DNA from: Octopus sinensis
Lineage: Eukaryota
Length of the DNA stretch: 64,000 nucleotides
NCBI RefSeq assembly: GCF_006345805.1
Contig: NC_043003.1
Span: 88,846,001 to 88,910,000 of the forward strand
Reading direction: 5' to 3'
Below are positions 51,907 through 63,500 of the stretch, in pieces. The stretch's first letter is position 1. Each line of letters begins with the position of its first letter. Under the pieces are notes generated by a model. It was not told the DNA's origin and did no database searches. It saw only the letters and a program-made list of their open reading frames with translations. The position numbers and the translations under genes are program-made.

Positions 51907-51942
51907 AGATTGTCGATCAAGACAATGAAACGATTGTAGTGG
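51899..51942 (+). ncRNA. Minimal type I hammerhead ribozyme motif overlapping the Ig ORF stop codon (extra U before GAAA)
   Basis: ccac-CTGAAGA-ttgtc-gatcaa-gacaa-t-GAAAC-gatt-GTA-gtgg. Confidence 0.72.
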
Positions 51943-52320
51943 CGGTTTTTTTGACTATTTATTAAAATTTTATGTATTGATTAAGTCTTTCCTTGTTTGT
52001 TTTGCAAAATAGTGGTTTTGTCTCTAATAATATTTTATATATATGTATATATATATATATGTGTGTATGTGTATGTGTGTGTATGTATATGTATGTATAT
52101 ATGTGTGTATGTGTGTATATGTATATATATATATATATATGTGTGTATCTATATGTATATATATATATATATGTATATATGTGTATATGTGCGTGTATAT
52201 ATGTATGTATATATGCGTGTGTATGTGTATATGTACATATACGTGTACGCTCGTGTGTTTAGGTATATGTAGGTACGTAGTTATGTATGTGTGTATGTAT
52301 ATGTACATATGTGTATGTGT

Positions 52321-52385
<65 letters not shown>

Positions 52386-52759
52386 TGTGTGTGTGTAAGT
52401 TTATATGTATGTATCCGTCTGTATAATAGGTAACTGCACGTATATATACTTAATATTTATTATTTATTATTTATTTTTTGAGTATGCATGTATGAATAAC
52501 TGCACGTATATATATTTTATTACTTATTTTTTGAGTATGCATGTAAGTATGAACATAAGGAGTGGCGTGTGTGTGTGTGTATGTGTAAGCATAGATATAT
52601 GTATACTTTTACGCATGTGTGTACTTATGTGTATATATGGATGCGCGTGTGTGTGTGTGTATGGGTACGCATGTATATGTGTATGTGCGTGTATGTGTAT
52701 ATGTGTATGTATGGATGTGTGTGTGTATATATGTATATGTATGTATGTATATGTATGTA

Positions 52760-52820
<61 letters not shown>

Positions 52821-52959
52821 ATGTGTATGTGTATGTATTTGTATGTGTATGCATGCGCGTATATGTATGTATATGTATACGTGTGGGTGTGTGTATGTGT
52901 GTATATATGTATGTATGTATGGGTGTATGTATGTATGTATGTATGCGGATATGTATGTG

Positions 52960-52996
<37 letters not shown>

Positions 52997-53691
52997 ATGT
53001 ATATGTGTGTGTATGTGTATGTATATGTGTGTGTATATATATGTATGTATGTATTTGTATGTAGGTGTATATGTATGTGTGTATATATATTTATTGGTGT
53101 ATATGTATAGACTAGTCTTCTAAGATTGTAGACATGAATCTGTAGGTACGCGTACGTATGTGTATATATGTGTATGTATGTAGATGTATGTATGTATGAA
53201 TATAACGCGTGCGTGCGTGTATGTGTATGAGTGTACGAATGAGTGAGTGTGCGTGCTAACGAGTGTGCGTGCTAAAGAGTGTGCGTGAGTGAGTGCTTGT
53301 GCTCAAGTAGAAAGATAAAAGGGACTAGATGTCGTAGCCAAGATGCTTGTGACCAGCGGTCAAAGATAACAAAAGTAATAAATGAAGATAATAAAATTAA
53401 AATTAGGGAATGGGTTTGTATTTGTATGTATATATGTGTGTATGTGTAGGTATGAATAGGTACACATATGTATGTATATATATATATGTATATATACATA
53501 TATGTGTATAAGTATATATGAGTATATAGGGACTTGTGTGTTGTGTGTGCATGTGTGTATGTGGATATATGTGTGTGTATGTGTGTATGTGTATGTGTGT
53601 GTATGTATATATTTTTTTGTGTGTATGTGTATGTGTGTGTGTGTGTGTATATATACATGTGTGTGTGTATATGTATGTGCATGTATATGTG

Positions 53692-53737
<46 letters not shown>

Positions 53738-53916
53738 GTATATATATATGTATATATATATATAGTGTATATATATGTGTATATATATATGTATATTATA
53801 TATGTATATATATATGTATATATATATGTGTATATATATATGTGTATATATATATGTAATATATATATGTATATATATATGTATATATATATATATATTA
53901 TATATATATATATATT

Positions 53917-54050
53917 ACGGAGATGTACTCGCATAGCAAGTGATTTGATCTGAGATCGTGTGCTGGAACGAAAACAATTGCAGCGTGGAAGGTGTTTGTA
54001 AGCCATTTAAGAAACACATAAAATGGCTTATAAACACCTTCCGCGCTGCA
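53917..54050. repeat. Short unclassified repeat fragment ending in a 30-bp-stem hairpin
   Basis: 53979-54008 versus 54021-54050, 28 of 30 complementary. Confidence 0.8.
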
Positions 54051-54287
54051 TCATCATCATCATCATCGTCGTTTAGCGTCCGTTTTCCATGCTAGCATGG
54101 GTTGGACGGTTCTACTGGGGTCTGTGAAGCCAGAAGGCTTTATCAGGCCCAGTCAAATCTGGCAGTGTTTCTACGGCTGGATGCCCTTCCTAACGCCAAC
54201 CACTCCGTGAGTGTAGTGGGTGCTTTTTTACGTGCCACCCGCACAGGTGCCAGACAGAGCTGGCAAACGGCCACGAACGGATGGTTG
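54049..54287 (-). mobile_element. RTE 3' UTR copy
   Basis: (TCA)n tail; ggatgcccttcctaacgccaaccactcc. Confidence 0.88.
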
Positions 54288-54449
54288 ATATATATATAAA
54301 TATATATATAAATATATGTGTATATATGAACATAAATATATATATATGTGTATATATATATATGTGTATATATATGTATATGTATATATGTATATATATG
54401 TATATTTTTGTATATATATATGTATTTGTATATATGTATATGTATATAT

Positions 54450-54752
54450 GTGGAGGCGCAATGGCCCAGTGGTTAGGGCTACGGACATGCAGTCATAGGA
54501 TCACGGTTTCGATTCCCAGACCGGGAGTTGTGTGAGTTTTTTGAGTGAAAGCACCTAAAAGCTCCACGAGGCTCCGGCAGGGGATGGTGATCCCTGCTGT
54601 ATTCTTTCACCACTCTTTCTCTCTTTCTTCTGTTGACCTGCTCGCTTAGCCAGCAGGGTGGCGTCGTTCAAAGGCTACAACAATGCGAATGCATTGTGAC
54701 CAGCGATATGTAGCAACATCTGATGGTCTGGTCGGTCACGTGCTCACGTGAT
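54450..54752 (+). mobile_element. tRNA-derived SINE (third family)
   Basis: A box tggcccagtgg, B box ggtttcgattccc, flanked by (TA)n. Confidence 0.8.
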
Positions 54753-54784
54753 ATGTGTATATATATATATAGTATATATATAAT

Positions 54785-54848
<64 letters not shown>

Positions 54849-54856
54849 GTACATAT

Positions 54857-54936
<80 letters not shown>

Positions 54937-54961
54937 CTATATATATATATATATATATATA

Positions 54962-55005
<44 letters not shown>

Positions 55006-55023
55006 ATATATACATATATATAT

Positions 55024-55054
<31 letters not shown>

Positions 55055-55081
55055 ATATATATATAATATATATATATATAT

Positions 55082-55142
<61 letters not shown>

Positions 55143-55259
55143 ATATATATAATATATATATATATATAATATATATATATATATATACACATATATATAT
55201 ATATATTATGTATGTGTATATGTAATATATATATATATACACATATATATATATATATA
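54753..55259. repeat. (TA)n microsatellite
   Basis: Direct sequence. Confidence 0.97.
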
Positions 55260-55478
55260 CAAAATCAGAAAATGGAGAAATACATCTAAATCAGTAATCA
55301 ACTACCAGATAATACCCAATCACATACTTTATTGAACCACTACATAAGAACATTATGGTTAAACATAAAAATATATAACAAAACAGCGTACATGAATGAG
55401 TAATACAATACAATAGGTACAATCATTATAAGAGGATATAAATAAATATGAATAGATATAAATATAAATATACACTAT

Positions 55479-55605
55479 ATCTTACAGCTGTTTCGGCCAT
55501 GCAGATAAATATGTCTCATTTGACCTATATTAGCCATGTATAGTATGTCAATATGATGTTAAAAATGAGACATTTACAAAGATATCTTAAGGCCTCTTCG
55601 GAGAT
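55479..55605 (-). ncRNA. Type I hammerhead-like ribozyme, U4C core, 92-nt extension in stem II
   Basis: Minus strand atct-CCGAAGA-GGCC-[92 nt]-GGCC-GAAAC-agct-GTA-agat; stem III ACAGCTGT is palindromic. Confidence 0.65.
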
Positions 55606-56004
55606 TCTAAAGTATAAACCAAAATACATATATACTCGTATAAGTGTGGGTACATACCCATAATAAATCATTTACATATATATATGAGTGCATATACTCA
55701 TACTCTTATACATACACATAAACATATACAAATAATATAAATCAATAAAATATATATATGTTCCATATTCAATGTTTTTCAACTTAATGTTAAGATATTA
55801 TAACGTAGAGAACATAGACATATTCATACTTCAATGCAGATATATAGAGTCAGTATTACCTTACCTTTGCCCATGTAATACAGTAAATGAATTAATTGCA
55901 TCGCAATTCTTTACATTTATGTATTAACTTTGTTGGGTACTTCACTAGCAGTATATTGGATATATGTTATCCCATGGAGTGTTGAATTTGCAACCCCTAT
56001 CTCA

Positions 56005-56048
<44 letters not shown>

Positions 56049-56159
56049 GTATATTTATATATATATGTACATATATATGTATGTGTATATGTATATATAT
56101 ATATCCATACTAGCATGGAGAACGGACGTTAAACGATGATGATGATATATATATATATA

Positions 56160-56541
56160 TTTTTTACTTGTTTCAGTCATTTGACTGCGGCCATGCTGGA
56201 GCACCGCCTTTAGTCGAGCAAATCGACCCGGGGACATATTCTTTTTTGAGCCCAGTACTTATTTTATCAGTCTCTTTTGCTAAACCGCTAAGTGACGGGG
56301 ACGTAAACACACCAGCATCGGTTGTCAAGCAATGCTAGGGGGACAAACAGAGACATACATATATATATACATATATATGACGGGCTTCTTTCAGTTTCCG
56401 TCTACCAAATCCACTCACAAGGCATTGGTCGGCCCAGGGCTATAGCAGAAGACACTTGCCCAAGATGCCACGCAATGGGACTGAACCCGGAAACATGTGG
56501 TTGGTTTGCAAGCTACTTACCACACAGCCACTCCTGCACCT
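56160..56541 (-). mobile_element. tRNA-derived composite SINE, complete copy
   Basis: Same family as 2724-3150. Confidence 0.9.
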
Positions 56542-56645
56542 ATTTTTTGTATATATGTATATGTATATATATATGTATATATATATGTATATATACATAT
56601 ATACCTATATGTATATGTATATATATATGTATATATACATATATA

Positions 56646-59083
56646 CCGATCTTGGATCTGGTATTGACCAAAAACTCTAGCTACATTCACAGTATTTCAG
56701 TTGAAAAAACTCTCCTCTCAGACCACGACATGGTACTCTGCAATTTTAATTCCCGACATATAAAAACCAAACCAGTCAATCCCACTCCATGGCACCCATT
56801 TGACAACATAAACTTCCACAAAGCGGACTGGGGAGCAATCAGAAAGGATCTGTCTTCCATTGACTGGTCTTTTACTCTCAATTCCTCTCATATTGAGACC
56901 GCGTGGCAGCACTTTGAAAACATTGTCACCTATACATGCTCTAAACACGCTCCCACGAAATCTACTAACACAAACAGAAACCGGCTCCCTAAAAAGAAAG
57001 AAACACTCATCAGGCGCATCAAAAGACTCAACAAAAAAAATCAACCAATTAAAATATTCCCACACACAACATCCACATTCAACAACAATGAAAAGACTAG
57101 AGCTGGAAAAACTTCATCTGCAGACCAACATGAAAACCTCCATTGAAAATCAAAGAGCTGTGAAGGAACAGTGGGTAATCAAAAACATCAAACAGAACCC
57201 AAAAGTGTTCTATTCTTATGCAAATAAGCATAGAACCACTGTCTCACCCATTGGGCCATTGATTGGTGATAATGGCATTCCCCAACACGATGCTAAAGAA
57301 ATGGCAGAAATACTGCAGAAACAATACTGCTCTGTCTTTAGTGTTCCCACTGATATTGACGTAAGAGAAACGAACAAAGTTGACTCCCAACATAAAACCT
57401 CAGACATAACCTTCACTGCCACTGACATCGTAGCAGCAATAAATGAGGTCAAATATTACTCTGCTGTAGGCCCTGATAGATTCCCCGCTAGTCTCCTGAA
57501 GGAATGTAGACTCCAACTTGCAGTCCCTCTGACCAACCTATGGAGAAATTCGTTAGACGCAGGTTATATCCTGAAACAGTTTCTATCCCAGTCGGTCATC
57601 CCAGTTTTCAAACAGGGAAACAGATCCCTCGCAGTCAACTATCGCCCAATCTCACTCACCTCCCACATCATTAAAGTGTTTAAAAGAGTGTTAAGATCAA
57701 GGATAGCTGACTTCCTGGAGACCCACAAACTCCTAAATGCAAATCAGCATGGCTTTCGCTGTGGCAGGGACTGTCTAACACAGCTCATACACCACATTGA
57801 AGATGTACTCAAAGCCTTGGGAACAGGTTCGAATCTGACGTCATATATCTTGACTTCAGTAAAGCGTTTGACAGAGTAGACCATAATATCCTACTCTCAA
57901 AATTGGCAAATGTTGGAATCTGTGGAAAAGTTCTACACTGTATTAAGTATTTCCTGGCGAATAGAACATAACATGTTGTAGTTGATGGAGTCCACTCAAG
58001 CCCAGCAAAAGTCACCAGCGGTGTTCCCCAGGGGACTGTTTTGGGTCTGCTATTCTTCATAATTTACATAAACGACCTTTCCAGTGTCGTACATTACTGC
58101 AAAGTGAAAATATTTGCTGATGACACTAGGCTCCAGCAAATCGTCAATGAAGAAGCAGACCGAACTCAACTCCAGTCTGATCTATATGCTGTGAGTCAAT
58201 GGGCAGACAGAAACAAAATGCAACTGAATGAGGGAAAATTTGAGCTGATGCATTTTGGAAGAAAATCCTCACTAAAACAACCATACTCTCTTCCTTCAGG
58301 GGAACCGCTCACAGTCTCTAACAATATCAGAGACCTCGGTGTAATTGTTGATGACAATCTCAGTTGGAGTGCACACATCAACAAGAAGGTCGATATAGCT
58401 CGTAGGATGAGTTCCTGGATCTTAAGAACTTTCCGGTCTAGAGAACAAGGTGTCATCATACCACTTTTCTCCTCCTTTGTATGGCCACACCTTGAATACT
58501 GCTGCCCACTGTGGTCTCCCCATACAAGACAAAACATCTCCAAGATTGAGTCACCCCAGAGGGCACTCACTAAACAAATTGAAGGCATGGCTGCTCTCGA
58601 TTATTGGGATCGCCTTAAAGCCTTGAAACTTTACTCCCTCAGTGTCGCCGTGAGCGGTACATCATTTGTACGATGTGGAGAATATACCGCCAACTTTGCC
58701 CAAACGACCTTAACATTAGCTTCAAGGTTCATCCAAGACTGGGACCACGGGCCATACGTCCCCTGCCCAATTCAAGATCACAACATACATGTACACTGCA
58801 ACATAATTTCTTTTCCTCAACAGGCCCTGCCCTATTTAACATTGTCCCGAGGGAGATCAAAGAGGAAAAGGATCCCATCAACTTTAAACGGAGTCTGGAT
58901 AGATTCCTTCAAAGAATACCAAATAAGCCACCCATAATTGGATACAACTCACCCAACAAGAACTCACTACTTGAACAAAACTTGACTTAAACAGGATTCG
59001 AATAATCCTATCAGGTGGTGCTATTAAGTTAGACATGGCCTGGACCAATCTTTGGTCGAAACATATCTAAGTTATCTAAGTTA
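56646..59083 (+). mobile_element. CR1-group LINE (third family), 5'-truncated, with a (TATCTAAGT)n-like tail
   Basis: YRPISLTSH, QHGFRCGRDC, GVPQGTVLG, FADD, HLEYCCPLWSP; frameshifts. Confidence 0.9.
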
Positions 59084-59084
59084 T

Positions 59085-59491
59085 ATATGTATATATATAT
59101 ATATGTATATGTATATATGTATATGTATATATATATATGTATATGTATATATGTATATGTATATATGTATATGTATATATATATGTATGTATATATATAT
59201 GTATATATATGTATATATATGTATATATATGTGTATATATATGTATATATATGTATATGTATGTATATATATATGTATATATATGTATATGTATGTATAT
59301 ATATGTATATATTTGTATATGTATATATATATATATGTATATGTGTATATAAATATATGTATATATATGTATATGTATATATATATGTATATATATGTGT
59401 ATATATATATATGTGTGTATGTATATATATATGTGTGTGTGTATATATATATATGTATATGTATATATATGTATATATATATATGTATATG

Positions 59492-59540
<49 letters not shown>
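59085..59540. repeat. (TA)n-rich microsatellite
   Basis: Direct sequence. Confidence 0.95.
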
Positions 59541-59544
<4 letters not shown>

Positions 59545-60522
59545 ACGAACCTGCCGTCGCTCAACTCGAACCCGGGCCCCTACTAAGTCGAGCGACGACG
59601 ATGACCAGGCTCAGTCAAACGGAATCCACCACAGAAAACGGTGGTGGGGATGGCAGCGAACTTAAACCACTAACCGGAGATAACAACAACAACAGGAAGA
59701 GAGAGGCACGGCGGAAGGCAGTTGCTTACATTTAACAACAGTTTATACAATTGTTACAACATCAAATAACGTGATACATATCAGATACATTAAAGAAAAT
59801 ACAGAATTAAAAAGAAAAACAACAATCAAAGGCATGCACAATACGCCAAGTCCGAAGACAATCCAAATATTAATGTTCAACGCAATACAGAGTTCGAAAC
59901 AGTTCAACATTAAAGTCTTTCTCTTTCTTTCTTTCTTCAACACAATTCACAATGTTCTTTTCTTCCTCTTTTCCACAGTTCTTTTTTTGATACAATTCTT
60001 TATCTTCTTTTTACAACAGATTACAGTTTATGTCATAATCTCGTTTCTTTTACATTTCACATCAAAAGTCAACCACAAAAACAAACAAACATTACCGCAC
60101 ATTTTCTCATTACAAACTCCTACTACAGCAATCCAGCCTTCTCGCCGTAATCTCCCTTAGTTCTTTAAGCTCGACATGTCCTCAATACTATCTGCCTGTC
60201 CTTCTCGCCTCTTGCCAACTGTCATCTCTGCATCGACCTCACGCCAACTACCCTGTTGCCAACTCAACTCCTCTCGCCAACTGATCAACAAACCCCCAGC
60301 TCACCACATTTTAAAGGGTAGCATTTTTATTTTTTCCTTAAACTTTGCTTGACCGGATAAAAGTCAGAGGTATTTTCCAACCTCATTAATTTCCCCAGAA
60401 AAATGACAGGACAAAAGATTTTCCCAGTCTGTCTGGCGCCAAACCACGAAACTAGGTCACAGCACTTTTTTCTCAACTGACCTCGTATCAAGTTACCCAT
60501 TTGCTAGCTCACACGATTAACA
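59541..60522. mobile_element. Possible solo LTR (about 980 bp)
   Basis: TGTTA...TAACA termini; no matching TSD found and no internal domains. Confidence 0.35.
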
Positions 60523-60544
60523 GAACCTCTTACTAAGTTACGGT

Positions 60545-63500
60545 GCACCCACCCTCTCCACCCTCCCACCCTCCCACCCCCTCCACACATGCTGGAAGTT
60601 CCTATTCTTTGCCATCCCAGGGTTTGCTTCCCATGAAGACTGCAAATGCTCTTTCACCATCCCTACCCCTAGTCTCAACCTATGTAAGGTAATGTTCATA
60701 CAGTGCAAAATATGAAAGGCTAGTGTATGCAGGTTGTACTGAAGGCTACTTTGCTACTTCATTACTTGCAGATGAATTCTGCCAAATGCGAGCTTTCTTT
60801 TCAGGTACACGAAGCTACTGTCCACCATCCCAGGGTCTCTAGAGCCCATGCCTCCCACACCCTCAGGGTTGGCACCCTCGACGTTGGCACACTGAAAGGT
60901 AGGTCTGGTGAGATAGTCGAGATGCTTGAACGGAGATGTGTGGATATATATTGCATGCAAGAAATAAGGTGGAGAGGAGGATCAGCTAGGTTCCTCACAG
61001 GCAAGGAACGCAGGTACAAGATTTTCTGGGCAGGGAACACTGACGGGGTTGGTGGCGTGGGTATACTTATCGCTGAGAAATGGGTAGATAAAGTAATTGA
61101 GGTAATCAGAGTATGTGACAGAATACTTAAGATTAGATTAGTGCTTCATCATAGTTTAGCAACCATTATATCAGCCTATGCTCCTCAGTCGGGGCTACCC
61201 GATGGACAGAAAGACCGATTCTATGACACTCTACTGCAGACTACCTCGTTGACGAACGACAGAGACCTTATCTTTGTGGCTAGTGACTTCAATGGTCACG
61301 TTGGATGACATGCTGGGGGCTTCCATGGCGTACATGGAGGCTATGGCTATGGCTCCCGCAATGAGGAGGGAACCAGGCTGCTGGAGTTCTGCGATGCAAA
61401 TAATCTTATGATTTGCAACACTAACTTCAGGAAACCTACCAGCCACCTAGTCACTTACCGATCGGGCCAACATACCAGCCAAATTGACTACATCCTTGCA
61501 AGGAAAAGGGAGAGATGGCTGCTTATGAATGCCAAAACCTTCCCAGGTGAAGAATGCACCCCACAACATAGACTGGTGGTTAGCGACTTTAGGATCAGGA
61601 CTAGGAGGACAACCAGAAGACGACCAATATGGAGAAGAAGGATCTGGAAGCTTAAAGATCCTGCAAATGGACAGAGATTTAGGGACATATTACTTGAAGC
61701 CTTTGACGAAGTAGAAGGGGATAGAGCATCACAGGGGGTAGAAGACAACTGGACGTTTCTAAGGGACAACCTGCTGAGAGCCACTGACCAGATCTGTGGC
61801 TTGTGCAAAGTCCCCTCTCGACCTAGAATAACGTGGTGGTGGAACAATATTGTAGACAGGGCTATTAAAGAAAAGAGACAGGCTTGGAAGGCCTGGAAAA
61901 ATGGGGGTAGCAGGGAATTGTATCAGACTGCCAAAAGAGAAGCTAGGAGACAGGTTTATTTAGCCAGAGGGGAAGCAGATAAGAAAAAATTTGCCAATGT
62001 TCTGCGCCGTGAGGACCAAAGACTGGAGGTGTTTCGCGTTGCAAGACAGTGTGTGAGAGAAAATCGTGATGTGGTAGGAGAGAAGTATGTTCGCATGGAA
62101 GATAGTTCACTTGCGCTAAATGAGGATGCAAAGAGAGAGGTTTGGAGATGCCACTATGAAAGGTTGCTGAATAAAGAAAATGAATGGGATAAAGAGAGTC
62201 TGCCGAATGTTGACCCAACAGAGGGACCAGCTATCCAAGTTGATAGTTCCGTGGTAGCTAAGCCAATTAGAAGCATGAAGACAGGGAAAGCCCCAGGCCC
62301 ATCAGGAATCACTGCAGAGATGCTCAAAATGTCTGGTAGTGTCGGCTATAGCCTAGTCACCCGTATAGTTAATCAGGTGATACACAAAGAAGTCATACCC
62401 AATGACTGGTGTAGCAGCATAATAGTCAACTGCTACAAAGGTAAAGGTGACGCCCTAGATACAAATAACTACAGAGGTATCAAGCTGTTGGATCAGGTGA
62501 TGAAGGTTACGAAGAGGGTCATAGCCCAACTAATTAAAGAGAGAGTTAGTTTAGATGAGATGCAGTTTGGGTTTGTGCCAGGGAAAAGTACTACTGATGC
62601 TATATTCCTGGTAAGGCAGCTGCAGGAGAAATACCTAGCCAAAGATAAGCCCCTGTACCTGGCTTTCGTTGACATGGAGAAAGCCTTCGACAGGGTCCCC
62701 CGATCCCTTATCTGGTGGTCAATGAGGAAACTAGGGATAGATGAATGGTTAGTGAGAGCTGTGCAGGCCATGTATAGGGACGCTGCTAGTAAGGTGAGGG
62801 TTGGCAATGAGTACAGTGAAGAATTCAGGGTAGAGGTAGGGGTCCACCAAGGCTCAGTCCTCAGCCCCCTCCTATTTATCATAGTCCTCCAGGCAATAAC
62901 GGAGGAATTCAAGACAGGATGCCCTTGGGAGCTCCTGTATGCTGATGACCTTGCTCTAATTGCTGAGTCGCTATCAGGACTGGAGGAGAAGTTTCAGGTG
63001 TGGAAACAAGGATTAGAATCGAAGGGCCTCAGAGTCAATCTAGCTAAAACCAAAGTCGTAATCAGTAGGAAGGTAGACAAATCACAAACGCTTTCAGGTA
63101 GATGGCCCTGCTCGATCTGTAGAAAAGGTGTAGGTAGAAACTCTATAAGATGCACCAAGTATAAGCTATGGACACATAAGAGGTGCAGCAATGTCAAAGG
63201 AAGGCTAACTAGGAAGATGGTTTTTGTATGTGGCAGATGCTCAGGAACAATAAACACTGAAAATGCTATGAGACCAACTTCCGTCACTTTTCAGGGAGAA
63301 AAACTAGAAGTAGTTGATAACTTCCGTTATCTAGGTGACCAAGCCAGTAGTGGGGGTGGGTGCACTGAAAGCGTAACTGCTAGAGTAAGAATAGCCTGGG
63401 CAAAGTTTAGGAAGCTCTTACCTCTGCTGGTGACTAAAGGCCTCTCGCTCAGAGTAAAAGGCAGACTGTATGATGCATGTGTACGAACAGCCATGCTACA

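Larger units (their letters stand above)
50121..52035. mobile_element. Palindromic non-autonomous PLE-like insertion carrying an Ig-domain ORF
   Basis: Arms 50207-51120 and 51124-52039 around a 3-nt AAA loop; extra left terminus 50121-50206; candidate TSD tatatatatgtat (50108-50120 / 52036-52048); a hammerhead motif in each arm. Confidence 0.75.
42190..53700. repeat. Large inverted duplication with its apex at 49200/49201 and arm-specific insertions
   Basis: Unique islands mirror each other: 42440-42600 vs 53280-53440, 43600-43700 vs 52400-52560, 48020-48080 vs 52240-52300, 48526-48560 vs 49860-49895. Confidence 0.9.

Noticed and set aside
207-59735. Dozens of long Y/I/M/C/V/H/T-rich ORFs, up to 384 aa
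   Set aside because: They are translations of (TA)n, (CA)n and (TG)n microsatellites, which lack stop codons in several frames.
59541-60522. Firm LTR retrotransposon call
   Set aside because: Only the terminal pentamers support it; there is no TSD, PBS, PPT or coding remnant, so it is kept at low confidence.
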